64,000 bases of DNA from Rotaria socialis. Taxonomy: Eukaryota. Under the pieces are notes generated by a model. The model did not search any database and was not told where the DNA came from. It saw only the letters and a list, made by a program, of their open reading frames with translations. The position numbers and the translations under genes were made by a program. The DNA lies in contig CAJNYD010000012.1 in NCBI GenBank assembly GCA_905331295.1, positions 248,001 through 312,000 on the forward strand. Reading direction: 5' to 3'. Positions within the stretch are counted from its first letter, which is position 1. Each line of letters starts with the position of its first letter. Below are positions 13,816 through 27,418 of this stretch, piece after piece.

Positions 13816-16800
13816 ATGTTATCACCTTTGCAAACATCTTCAGCTATGGTACAATTTTTATTTTAACTGATCTTATATTCATTGGAAACAAGTTTCACTG
13901 AAAATTTAGATGGATGATCGAACTCTACGAGCTTACTTACGTAATAACTCAGCATGGAATTTAGATGAAAGTGCACCAGGACCACCGCCACCTCTACCAC
14001 CAATGGATCATTTTAATGGTGCATCGTTCGGTAATGGTGATAAATTACTAAATAGTAGTGTTCATTTTCCGGCAGAAATGAGGTATGAAAACAAAATAAC
14101 TTGCTCGTTCGTATGCCAATAAGAAATTGCTATTTTTTTTAGATCAGCAAATCTTAACGAAATGGTATCAAGTATAATTGATGAAAATCCTGAATATCGT
14201 CAGAATGGAATGATGTCAACATTTTCTCAATATCCATCGATGATGATGCCAACAACATGGTCAAATGGTGAACAACCGAATCAACATATGCATTATATGC
14301 AGCAAGTCAAACAGTAAGTTAAAAGAAAACAAGTCTTCATATTATTTCGAGAATATTTCTCGATATCATAGCAAGATAGATTAGGGCCTTCGTTTATTAT
14401 ATGAATATGAAAAGGCAGATTTCGTGATAGTACATATGATGTATTCATTATTGTATGAAAGTAGTTTCGTTGTTTTCTTTTCATCATAAAACATATAGAT
14501 TGTTGACTGTTCAAATGTAAAGCCAAAGCAGTTTAAAGAACACGATATGTAATAAGATGATTGCTAGTCTCAAATAGAACGATTTCTATTGCTCGCATGC
14601 CTGCTATAATTTGTTTTAATACAACCTAAAATTTGGTTGGCCGTCATAATATCGAAAGGAAAATGTCGAAAAAATTATATTGACACGAAACATTGCCAGT
14701 TAATATTTTAGAGAATTGTAAATAGTATAGTGCATGTTTTATTGTATGAAATTAAGTTGAAATGTTAGCACGGAGAAAAATATAAAAAAGAATTAAGAAA
14801 AATATTTTATTTTTCCATGAACTTCACGAACCTCAAGTTTTTCTTTTTCTGGAAGATGATTGTGATCGCCAACAGTTTTTATCAATCGATTATTTGAATC
14901 AATATGCACTTTAGCTGCACAACCATTAATATTGCATATCCAATACTTAGTAGTTGTCGTTGCTTTATTCAATTTAAAAGTATATTCATCGGCAACTAGT
15001 AGTATAAATAAAATAGCTGGAGATTTTGTTTGGATTTCACCAGTTAAAATTACGAAAACTTCAGCAATGACAATACAATTTTAGCTGTATAATAATTCTT
15101 TGTTCAATTCTTTTATTTTACTTGTATCAATAGTTAGTCATCCCTATCAATACTGACTAAAATTCTACACTAGTAAAATTATCAGGAAAAACAATGAACT
15201 ATGTGTGATTAGAATCGCTATATACTGGAGACATCATTATTTTTTTATTTTTCCACTTTAAAATGTACGTTTCGACATTTTTCCAGCGCATCTAAAATTT
15301 GAATGAGTTCAATTTTTTTAAAATAATCTTCTTTCATTCGTTTTGACGAACAGGAACCGAATGAATATATAGGAAATCATACCTCAGTCTACTGACGGAA
15401 TTAAGCAAATTTAAGTACATAGTAAATTATGAAACGAATTTGATCTATTCGTAACCGCTTAGGAAAACTAAATGAAATGAACAACAAGCATGAAATAAAC
15501 GAACCTGAAACTGTAGTAAATAGAAAGAAACAAACTTGTGAAAAAAACGCCATCTCTTTTAGTAGGACTAATTTCGATCTTGAAACACGTGTTTTTTCCT
15601 TACATAATTCAAAATAGCATAACAACTAATGATTTTATTTAGTATTCCTCCTCGACAACCAAAATTTGCTACTGCAACTATATCTGAAAGTGGCTATCCA
15701 CGTAATATTCCAGGTAAGATCTTCAGAAAAGAAAACAATCGATTTATTATTCAAACATTGATTTTCATAGATGTATGTTCAATCCGTCCAAATCCTCCAA
15801 AAGATCTTCAAGTTCTAGTTCGTAAAGGTGATCATACTGGTATCAATTCTCTTATAACAAATATGTCATTACAACAATTTCGTCAGATGATCGGTTTGCA
15901 ATCTAGTGCAAGTTTAACAATAAATGATCGACGAATTTCATCATCAGTACATCCATCGGATAATCGACGTCCTTATTCATCAATAAATAATAATCCTACT
16001 CAACCTTTATCTTCGTCATCGTCAAGTTCCTCGTCGTCAATACCATCATTAAATCCTCGTCTTGCCAATGCTTTTAAACAACGATCACAAGATACAATAT
16101 TACAACAAAATTATCCGTCGTTTCCTAATAATGATCGACAACAACATTCTCCTATGCAACCTATTTCTTCTCGTAGGTCTTCGCATTTAATCTTATTCAA
16201 AAACAAAAACAAATAGAAATTGTTTTTTAAATTTAGACGACACAATATCAATGAATTTTACTGGTGCTAATGGAACATCAACAATAAATGACACTAATTT
16301 AACATCACCTGCAACAACATATCAAGACATTAGGTAGGAAAGTGCAATTAATCTTATCAGTTGTACTAGCGCGATATTTTATTTAGCTATTTTCGATCTA
16401 ACAGGTACTTAATATTTTCCTTCTTGTCTTTGTTTTTGACCTTCAATCATCGCACATATTCAAATCTAATAATAATATTTTATATTATCTTCTTCTATTC
16501 TATACACAAGTGTTTTAATTCACTTGCTTTTCTCTCTCTCTTTCTCTCTTATATTCATTTGATATATTCTAATTTTATTTTCCTATTTTTAGACGAACGG
16601 GTGTTGCAAATACATTACGTAAGTTTTTTTTCCATTTTATAATACTTTATACTATTTGAATTTTGTTTTTTCTAGATATTGCGATTGAAAAATGTTATGA
16701 ACAATTGAATTACATTCGAGATAGTTATACAGAAGTAAGTATTCGAGAATAGTTTAACGCTAAAAGTTGAGGATCTATATAAGTATATGTTAAACTTGAT

Positions 16801-18443
16801 ATTTGACTTCAGATTGGATCAGTTATTAAGATTATTTTTCAATTATGCCTGATCTTGTATGACTAATGGTCATAGAAGCAACTGAAAATATCAAATATTA
16901 TTTTTCTTATCTGTAGATATAATTATAAGCATAGGAAAATACAGTTTTCGAAATAGAAAATTAATTAGATTGACTATTTATCGTGGGTTAACTAAGAAAG
17001 TGTTCTAACTAAACGATAATTTTTTTTCCTATTTGAAGTCCGTATGACTTTACGTAGTTCATTATGCTTATTCAAAAAGTTTCGATAAATTCTATCTGTG
17101 AACAATCGAATACACATAAGAAAAATGTTGCTTTTTGCTTCACAGATTTTTCATTGACTAAGCTATCAAACAGCAAAATACGTCATGTAGTAACTACAAA
17201 TATTTGTCTAGTATCTGTTCTCGTCTTCTCTTCAAATATTCTCTAATGATTTAAATAAATAGGATATAGAATCAATAGGAAAAGAAATATAAATATGAAT
17301 TATAGACTAAAACAAAATCGAAATAGAGCGATCCATAACTATGATATAAATTTCGAAGTTACTATTTCAATAGATAGATGCATAACTCACGGAATAGTTT
17401 ACTACTTCCAAGACAATTGATTATGCGTAGAGGATCGATATGACAATCCGATAAAAACAAATAAAAGTATCAATATATTGAGAATCAATTTAACGTAGTT
17501 TGTAAAACATCGTATTTCATGATGTGAAAAAAGTATTATCCAGTAATACATGAGATTAGAAAATAGAATTCATCGAACGTATATATTTCTTTAGACGGAA
17601 TCAAAAATCGGTATTCAAACATTGCATAAATCTGCTTCGACATCATTAATAAATGATATAGCCACTTCGAATTTTTCAACGTTATCAAATAATCCATCAC
17701 GTGTTGATCGATTAATTGCTGAATATAATTATGAATATATTCGAGTATGTTGATTTGAAAATTTTATTTTAGATAATTTCAAAAATAATTTATTTCATTA
17801 ATAAATAGATCCTTCGTTTACATGAACGTGTTAAAGAAACTGTAAATATGCATGATACAGAAGCAACACGACAGACGCTTGATGAATGGCTTATTACTAT
17901 TAATAATGTGCAAGATCGTCGGCGACAAGAAATAGATAATGCAGCTGAAAAATGTCGTTCAGGTGAACCACGGCTACCCGATGAAAAAGGTTAATCTATT
18001 TATTGATATTTTTAAAATTTTTAATAAATACAAATTTTTCAGATGTTCTACAATTAGCCGAAGCGTTGCGCATATTGCGTATAACAACAAGAAAGATTCG
18101 AACTGTTCTTTGGTATTGGTTATACTGGTCAACAAATTCTACAGCAAATAAAATTCCATTGATTGCGCGTCATCAAGATGAACAATTAAATACAGCAGAA
18201 TTTCATTCAATGAATCAAGTATTTATTAAATTGTGTTTTTTTTGTGTATTCGAACGGAAGGTTGAATTTAAATTTTTTTCTTAGAATGATCAACATTCAA
18301 ATTTTTATCTATTTTATCCTTCAACTAAGAATGACGATGAATCGAAAGCTACACTTGAATCTGATGAACAACAGCGAAAACTTTTATTGAAAAATTCAAT
18401 ATCATCAAATGATAATAATAAAGAAAATGAATGTAACAAATAA
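13816..18443 (+). CDS. MEIOC: Meiosis-specific coiled-coil domain protein MEIOC homolog (multi-exon; conserved domain in exons 16593-18218)
   Basis: Spliced C-terminus RTGVANTL|HIAIEKCYEQLNYIRDSYTE|TESKI...NNPSRVDRLIAE...VQDRRRQEIDNA...DEK|DVLQLAEALRILRITTRKIRTVLW matches the recalled MEIOC domain (ELHIHLEECYEQ, NPSRVDRLI, VQSRRKDEI, TRKARTALW); low-complexity N-terminal part; start inferred. Confidence 0.85.
14635..15291 (-). mobile_element. Non-autonomous MULE-like element carrying a FLYWCH fragment, in a MEIOC intron
   Basis: 9-bp direct repeat CTAAAATTT at 14626-14634 and 15292-15300; inverted subterminal AAAATGTCGAAA; minus strand 15003-14821 reads YTFKLNKATTTTKYWICNINGCAAKVH...GDHNHLP. 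Confidence 0.75.
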
Positions 18444-18809
18444 TTTTTATTTTTCTCGTTGTCCATAATATGTAATATGATAATCTCGAGAGCATTTTTT
18501 TTTGCCGTTTGATTTAACCCGTCCATATAGATATGCATTTTTTGTGACAAACAAAGCTTGATGTTCTCATTGTTTTCGTTCTTTCTTATTTTTTCTTCTT
18601 ATGCCGGTAGTTTGTACATACATGAGAATTGTTCATTGGCTTCTTGTGATAGGAACAGTTGAAAATGCTGTCGTATTAATTTGTTGCTGTTGTTGTTATT
18701 GCACTTCTCACTAGTCGTTTCTTTTTTCTGTTTTATTTCTTGTATTCAAAAAATGAGAAAAAGAAAAAAGAATGACAACGCGTCCGGTGACGTATGTTTG
18801 TTAATTGAG

Positions 18810-18811
<2 letters not shown>

Positions 18812-18842
<31 letters not shown>
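18812..18842. repeat. (TC)n microsatellite
   Basis: Direct reading. Confidence 0.85.
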
Positions 18843-18845
<3 letters not shown>

Positions 18846-19169
18846 CTTTATTTGTTAGCTTTTTCTGTTTGTTTACTTATTCTTTACTTAGTTCTATGTG
18901 TGTGTCTAGAAAATAAAAACTATATTGATAATTGGGATATATTAAACCATTAAGAATAAAATGATGACTGATAGCGTATTCTTCTAGCTGATTTGAAAAT
19001 AGATACAATATGATTTATCTGTTTTAACTGCTAAAATACATTATGTTTTTATTAAAGCATTTAGTAAAAACTCGAAACCATCTGGTTAGATTCTCGAGAT
19101 TACAATCATATAGAAGACACGTATGTGTAATATTCACAGGATAGTAAGAATTAAGAAACATTAGTTGTC

Positions 19170-20978
19170 ATGTCGATTTCCAGTGCGAGTGGAATTTATT
19201 TATTTCTTGTTGTATTATTTTCGATTGTCAATGGCAATTTGGCTAGAGGTGTGAATGGTGGTGTCGATTGTGCTAGTTGTACAATTGTTGTGGGTGTCAT
19301 TGAACATCTCTCAATTTTATACAACGAAACTATTGTCGCATCACTCGAACGCTTCTGTAACTATTTACCTAGTGATATTAAAACCTATTGCAAAGTTGCT
19401 GTTGACTATTTGGGTAAGTCTCTATTATGAATAAATACATGAAGTACAAACAAAACTCATATAGGCCCAATTATTGTCGAGGGCTTTCTGAAAAATGAAA
19501 CGCCTGATATCATTTGTCATTCAATTACACTTTGTCGAGACGACCCAGGTCAGGCTAAATATCGTTTATTTCAATCATAATCATTATCAAATCTTTCTCA
19601 CTCGCAAAGAAGAGCGAATTTAAGACAACATTATCCGCAGCTACCTTCTCTATTGACTTCGAAAGCATGTGATCTTCCGGGTATCAAAGAAATTTGTAAA
19701 ATTTTTGAAGAAGTTTTTAATAATCACATGCCTCTTGTTGACATTGACGGTGATAGATTTGGCACTGAAGAATCGTTTCGTGGTTCTGCGTGGCGTGGTA
19801 AAGATTGCGATGATTTTTCATCGAAAATTCGGCCAGGTGCACGCTCAGTCATGGGTGATTATGCTATTGATCATAATTGTAATGGTATTTACGGTATGGA
19901 TTCTTCAACTAACAAACCTTGGGAGGAAGAATTTTGTAATGATACTCAACGTTTGGGGATGGCTGTTTTGGGAGATTCAGTTTCCGCTCACTTTCATATA
20001 CCTGAACAGTGGCTTGATGCTCGACAATTATCTGTTGGCGTATTCGAACATTTAGTGTATATCATTGGAAATGAGCTCGATTGGCCTCAATTATCCGGTA
20101 CTACAGGTCATATTAATAATAGTTGGCCAAATATTGAAGGTAACCTCAACACTATAAAAAGATCATGAAGTGTCTATTTGTATTGCTTAGGTTCAACTCG
20201 ATCGTTATATGCGCGTCTATTTGAACTTGATCATTGTAATCATCGAGACTATCAAAATATAGCAGTCAATGGGGCGAATAGTAAATCCATTCTTGATATT
20301 GTCAAAACACTGACACGTGATCAAAAAAATGACGTACCTCTTCTCGTTATCTATTCACTGGTTGGCAATGACGTTTGTAATGGTCACAATGACACAGTTG
20401 CACGCATGACTACTTATGAAGAGATGTACAATCGTACATTGGCTGGACTTGCTTATCTTGATACTGTACTTCCCATAGGCAGTCACGTACTAACAACTGG
20501 TCTTGCCAATGGAAGTATTTTATACGAGCTATTGCATGATCGTATACACCCACTTGGTCGAGTTGGTCCACCAATAACCTATTCAAAAGTCTATTCATAT
20601 CTTGAATGTCTAGAAATTTCGCCATGCAATGGTTGGTTGTCATCCAATGAGACACTACGGGCTTTTACTTCAGAACGTGCCGTTAATCTATCTATTGCTG
20701 TACATGATGCTACTGATGCTTACTCGTCTAAGAACTTTGATAGTGGATATTTAGATTTTCCCTTTGATCAAGCCATTCAAGAATGGATATCACAAGGTGG
20801 TGAACCATGGCAATTGATCGAAAGTGTTGATGGATTTCATATTAGTCAATATGGACATGCAATAACATCTGATGTTATTTGGTCATGGTTACAATCAAAT
20901 AAACCTCATTGGTTACCTCCGGCTAATCCACATAATGCCGATATTGAGCGAGTCTTTAAAGATCAGGGTGGATATTAA
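19170..20978 (+). pseudogene. AOAH: Acyloxyacyl hydrolase (saposin + GDSL lipase) with in-frame TAA at 19578-19580; exons 19170-19413, 19465-20139, 20191-20978
   Basis: Signal peptide, saposin Cys pattern (CASC...FCNYLP...YC...IC...LC), RGSAWRGKDCDD, LGDSVSAHFH, HCNHRDYQN, GNDVC, VDGFH; one stop in an otherwise continuous frame. Confidence 0.85.
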
Positions 20979-21995
20979 GCCTTCATTGGATATTTTTGTG
21001 ATTTTCTTTTCTTTAAAGAAATATTCATTATGAATAGATATGAATCATATCCTTGATACAACATGAGAAGATGAAGATAAATTTCGCACAAAAAAATACT
21101 TCTTCAGAATAAATAAATTTTTTATTTTGTTTGTTCTGTACAGTATGATAACAGTCACTAACTGCTTTAATATTACCCCGTGTAAATAAAATATGTACGA
21201 TACTGGATTTTCAAATATCATTATCAATCTAGTAGGATGTTGGTGTCAATCTTTTCTTAATCTATACTCAAGCACAAATTCAAACTGAATAGTTTCTTTT
21301 TTCAAAATTGATTTTTTTTTATTATACATCAGCGAAAGGAATATTTTTGTGACGACCTATAAGAGATAGTGTTTTTCAAAATATTAATATCATCTTTTCA
21401 AATTGGTAATAATTTTCTTTTTGTAATTCATTAAATTTTCTTGGATATGAATTTAAACCAGTGCAAACATTAAAAATTCAAAAATGATTATTAATCATTT
21501 AATAATAATGAACTTTCCAATGTTTTATTTCATCATATAGAGAAAAAAAACCAAAAAAACTCAAACGTTTCTTTTATGAATTATCCTTGGGCCATTTTTT
21601 AAATATTCTGCTCCTGTGATGGAAAGCTCTTTGATGAATGATGATCTAGCAGCTTTACCGGTACTAACACATGATAAATATTGTGTTTATGGTTGTCTGT
21701 TAGTTTTTATTGAAAATGGCCCTTTATTGAGTAATTTGAGTTCTTGTAGCGTCCGTGTTTGAATCTTCTCAAAATTTACAATACTGAATCATTTACGGTA
21801 GCGTAATACTGTACCCGATGCTTCCGGGTCCTTTACGGCTTTGAACGACATGTAAACAGTCACATTTGATAAAGTTAAGACTAAAATACGGATAGCTGTA
21901 TCCATCGTCCTAGGTTATCATAAATTTGTTGCAGTATATCAATATCACATCGATTAGTTTGCTTAAAAATCAATTGATGAAGCACTCACAAAAAT

Positions 21996-23057
21996 GGTAT
22001 GGTGGTAAATCAGCGAAAAACGTTTTTGGCGAAAAATTTTGAGCGAAAAGTTTTTGAGCGAATTGTGCAGGGTAAAATAGAGAACTCTTCAGTTTAGCTT
22101 AACATGAAAAATAATGTATTTTTTAAAGTTAAAAGAAATGTAATTCATGAGCATCAAATGATATAAAAAACTACCGATTTAGAAATAAAGTATTTGAAGG
22201 GTGTGCGTGGGTATGGGCAAATGTTGATGTTGCCCATTAGCTTTAACGAATTGATCACTTGCATTGGTATGAACATTCGCCGCACAGCTATTTGATTGGC
22301 AAACTCAGTACTTAACAGTTGTAACGAACAACTCGATTAGATTAGCTTGTGCCACTCTCGGCAAAGATGTTTATTAGGCTACTTCAAGTTATCCAGAGTG
22401 TAACGACAAAACTAGAGAGTATCGCCTATGCCCGTCGGCATGATGGTGTATTGTGTCATCTGACATCTCCAGAGTGTAACAACTTCATACATGACGCACG
22501 TATATATAGGAGAGAGATAGAAGAGAGACAGGAGAGAGAGATTAGAACAATGGAAAGAGAACAGAAAGAGAAGGAAGGAGAATCATCGAAGCGTACCATC
22601 AATATCGGCACAACAGTTTTTGTGGACTTTTTTAGTCGATAAACATATCCTGAATAAATAAGCATTCGTTTCCCTCGATTTGAAATGGTAAAAGAGAGTA
22701 TTGTCGGGTCAGTCATCACTGGTGAGTGAAATGGACTAAATGAATGAACTATGTAACATCAATTACGGACGATTATATATATCAAAAAAAAAAGAATATA
22801 ATAGATTAACACGTTGAGAAGAGTGAAACGGACAAGTGCGGTCATATATGCAGACACATCAGCATGATGACTCATCGTCAAACAAACAATCGAATTTTAT
22901 CAAGAAAAGATTTCTGTAATTTCTACAGTCGCTCTTATTGCTAATAAAAAAACTTCGGGTTTTCGCTATTTTACTTTTCGCAGTTTTTACTTTCGTGCTT
23001 TTTTTTTCGCTGAAAATACCTTTCGCTATTATAATTTTCGCTCAATCGACACCATAT
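21996..23057 (-). mobile_element. Non-autonomous MULE-like element with an interrupted FLYWCH coding fragment
   Basis: Flanking direct repeat (T)CACAAAAAT at 21986-21995 and 23057-23066; inverted termini TATGGTG with GCGAAAA subterminal repeats; joined minus-strand frame SNRGKRMLIYSGYVYRLKKSTKT|VKY*VCQSNSCAANVH...GQHQHLP. Confidence 0.8.
22320..22612. mobile_element. Solo LTR (293 bp) inserted in the FLYWCH fragment
   Basis: TGT...ACA termini; perfect 5-bp TSD ACAGT (22315-22319, 22613-22617); its removal restores the FLYWCH frame. Confidence 0.8.
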
Positions 23058-25214
23058 CACAAAAATAAATCAAGATTTAAATCAATCATAAAAACTCATC
23101 ATCTTTATATACCTATTTTTCAGGTTGGAACAGAGTTGCGGCACATGAGATATTGCTCAAGTTCAACACAATACGCTTTTCAATTAGACGAATGATATTT
23201 TCGAACAAGTGCTGCCGAAAATTTTTCATTTTCATTAGGAATCACCTGGAACATCTTACAAGCATATTCTTTTATATGTTGAATATATTTTGTTTTTCTA
23301 ACCTAAATGTAATTAATTGCATCACCATTTTTTCACATTAACTTTATAAGATATTCTGTCAAATGGCGGACCACGAAAATCAATATTTTCAGTTGCATAA
23401 AGTAATCCACAATCTACAAATAAGTATAGATTAAATAAGGTAAAAACTGGAAGAACTAGTCTCTATAAACTGATGTTGAACGTGTAGCTGCATATCCACA
23501 ATCGGGAACAATATCAGTAAAAGTATTTGTTGCTTGTAAAACTAATTCAGTCTAATTTTTAAGAAAAATTTCTAAACAACCATTGTTATTGTTTATTAGA
23601 AATTTTTGAATATTCATTCTTATCGGGTACTTCAAATTTTTCAACAAACAACTCAAATATTTTTTTCCCTACTCGATGTCGGATTCGTTGGTGAATCACA
23701 AATAGTCACTAAATTTTCACTCGATAAACATTTTTACACATCAAATATATAGTTATATAATTGTTTCAGCGCTTCAAAATTTTTCACTTGATAGCCTTCA
23801 ATGGGTCGAATCATTTCTAACACTGAAGTTATAAAATCAACAAATTTCTATGATAAAACTATTAGAAATACTCACTTAAATCATCATAAACACTGTCACC
23901 AAAATGTAGCCTCCCCAGTGAAGCGTCTTGTAAGCAAGATCACGAAATCTTTGGATTGGTTTTCTACATCTATTGACCGTATCTTATATATCTGTACCGA
24001 CAATATCTTATAGTTTAGTCTTTATTTGTTTCCTAAAATATGTCCAATGAACAGTGTATGAACGTCTACTCTTCATAAAAACAGTACAACAGAAAAAAGA
24101 ACTACACGAGTATCCGGAACGTTACAGTCTTACACAGATTTATAAATTTAAAATTATAAAATATGAAGTTTTACAGGAATTGAGGCGACGTAAAGGCTGC
24201 AATTAGAAGCTAATGCTTTCCTATATTCTAACAAATGTTGGTGTTTACTGTTTCCATAAAGATTAAACGTCATGTTTTCAATTGCTCTTCTTATGGATCG
24301 TCATTATCGGTTGTTAGAGAAAATATAACAGCTGTTACTAACGAAGTTATCATTAAAAATCGATTCTTATTTAACGACATCTTATTCGAATCGTAATTGA
24401 AAATCTATGATTTTGTATGTAAAACACCTTCATAGATTAGATTGGACCGTAATAATTATCAATAAATCTAGAAACGAAAGAGTTTTAGCATTTCTGACGT
24501 TTAAATGCATAGAACATTCCTAACGAAAATAAACTTGCCATAATATTTACTTAAATAAAGAACAGTTCCATGAAACTAAAACATAAAACTTGTGTATTAT
24601 AGCATTTTTTGAAAGGATCTTACTTTTTTGTACAATATGAATCATAAAAGATCCAGTACCATAGCCTATTTTGACGAGATAATTAATACGCAAGAATAAA
24701 CGAGAAAAGAAACGAAGAAAATTTCTTTAGCTTTTTTTGAAAGTCAAAAGAAACTTTTATATATTTATATGACTTTCATCACTCTTCTATAAAGCAGCAA
24801 AAAATGTTAGGTGCACGTGCTTCCTGGATAATAAAATGGAAGCAAGAAGAAATAATTTAACTAAAAAAATATAAATCCAACAATCAATATTGTGAAAGGG
24901 CAAATTTTAATATTATTTTTCAATAAATAAAGCGGAAATGTAATGACAAAATTGGGTGGATGTTTTCGAAAAAGTTTAACAAAAATATAGATAAAACATC
25001 GATTCCAAAAAAAGTCATTCTTCCACTTACTTTTTTCATCTTTTTTTTAGTGATCTACCCGATTTCATGCCTATTCTTAGTAATTAATCTAGTGGGAAAC
25101 TGTAAAATATGTATTTTTGTATATGTATAGAACTCGATCTGTCACTAAAAGTTTATTTTTAATTAATAACTATGTGGAAAAACAGATTGTGCAATGGTAC
25201 AAGCTTCTTCAAAG

Positions 25215-26065
25215 CATAGGCGGCGGAACCTGTAGGCTCACGAGACTTGAGCCCACCCTAGTTTGGAATAGGGTAGGGTTGAGTAGGCTCAAACAAGAAC
25301 AGTTAAAGATTTGGATACACTCAATTATATATTAGTCATTCATTATTGTTTAGTTTTCACGTATGACTTACAGTGCCAGTAACATACGACGTATTGTTGC
25401 AAAGTTAGCTCATATTTTCTTTATCACCAATACGAACGGGAATTCGATAAGATATTCATTGGGCTTTATAAAATTTAAATCTACTAAGAAATCAACATTG
25501 AAAAAAAAGTAGCGAAAGCTGATTCTTGATCAGCTATCCAAGGATGCCTTGATCGAAGGGTGACTCGGATGAAACACCCCCAATATTCGAAAAATTGTCT
25601 TGCATTGTATTTCACAAAATGAAATTTACACTACCTTAAGCATGATTTTATCAGTTACCGTCATTGATGCCGGATGTTAAAGTCAAAAATCCCAAATTTA
25701 TATCTGAAAATTCTGAAAAATTCAAAATAATCCAGAAAAATTGCGAAAACATTGAGGAAAACAATAGAAAACGAGAAAAAAAAGCGGAAAAATCCTGAAA
25801 GAGTGAGAAAAATCCCGAAGAAATTCGAAAAAATTCCGGGGAATCCGGAAAAGTTTTCGAAATCAGGCGGATCCGGTAACACAGGTCACTCTCGCTTAAA
25901 ATTTTTGGATTCTCACGACATCCTTGAGCATAGCACCCTGAAGAAATTTTTTTTTACACCACTCTCTCCCAAAGTTGGAATGGTCATGGCAGTCCTGTCG
26001 CTTCCCTATCTCATTTAGCTAGAAAATTGAGTCTACCCTAGAGGGAAATCGTTCCGCCGCATATG
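25215..26065. mobile_element. hAT-type non-autonomous element/MITE
   Basis: TIR CATAGGCGGCGGAAC / GTTCCGCCGCATATG (14/15); perfect 8-bp TSD CTTCAAAG. Confidence 0.88.
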
Positions 26066-27013
26066 CTTCAAAGAATTCATCTGCAAACATATTACGTGTT
26101 GGCACGGCTATTAGAGTGAAGTTTTGTAAATCACTTCCAAATTAACTGCCTGTAAGATTAAACCTTTTATTTAGAATTGTTTTCAATAAAGTTCTTAGCA
26201 AAAATGATAGTATTTTACTGAGCTTTTCTAATTCAAAATTACCTAGCATTTAAATCGTAGGTCTCTATAAATAATTAAAGCATAGCATCAATATTTTACA
26301 AAGAAACATTAATCGAACAACAGAAAGACCTAAGCTAAAAATGACATAATGTAGGAGAAATATAAATATCAATCTTGAAATTTAATTCATAACGAACAAA
26401 AAAAATAATTATACAGGTTTTAATTTCAGATTTATGATGTTAAATGCTCGTTATGTTGTTACTGGTTTATGCTGATGTGTTTTTCTAGTCACATAATTGT
26501 ATCCGCATGTTTTCGTTTTTGTTCTTACCATCAAGTTTCGTTTTATTTTAGTTGAAAATGGCCGTGTAATGGCCGAAAATTTTCCCATTTATTGCCAAAT
26601 AAACATTTTCTACATTTTTATTTCTCACTATAAATATCACATATTTATTTTTCATTTATCGAAGCTCTTCAGAACTTCATTCATCATTTTTTAATAATCT
26701 TGACAACCTGTCTTTTCAGCTTTAATGTCAACTATTTTTTTATTCACTGATACGACTTGAACATTGTACTTCTGTGCTTTCCTTTAATATTCACCGTTGA
26801 TTTCCAGCGGGTCATCCGTCCGCTAAAGCAGTCTCGCCGATCTTCTTAAGAAAACGACTCGATCATTAAATTGTTCACCAATAGGTCAAAATTAGTGCTT
26901 GAATATTTGCATTACTTTCTTCATATAAGGTTTTCCTTTTATCTTTCCATTCCTATCCAATTGCTGAGTACATTATTGGGTCACACATATAACGAGTGGC
27001 TCATGAAAATTAC

Positions 27014-27037
27014 GAGAGAGAGAGAGAGAGAGAGAGT
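27014..27037. repeat. (GA)n microsatellite
   Basis: Direct reading. Confidence 0.85.
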
Positions 27038-27418
27038 ACTTAGCAATAACTTATGATTTGAAAGACTGCAACAAGTACTGAAAGCTTTTATAAACGGATC
27101 ATTCCACTAGAGGTGGTCTTCTATTTGTATACAAACTTTAAGCTCGCTGCGACACACTGTCAAGCATTATGTATAAGTCTAATATGTGATCAATGGAAGA
27201 CTACAGGACGTGCTAACACCAACAAGCAGGAAACGAAGCGAAAAACAAAGGAAATCTGAACGCTGAAAAACATGATGACGATGATCTGTGTGATTTTCCC
27301 CTAGTGAAAATACTCGTCCAGCGAGTACGCCTTTCCAAAATTTTATGTGTAACTAATACTTCTTGTGTACTACGACGAGGTCTCAAATGACTTTTCTCTC
27401 TAAGAATCTCGTAAACGA

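Noticed and set aside
23100..24000. Possible decayed minus-strand gene
   Set aside because: Fragments too degenerate to assign
25661..26018. Lys-rich and Phe-rich ORFs
   Set aside because: Low-complexity interior of a MITE
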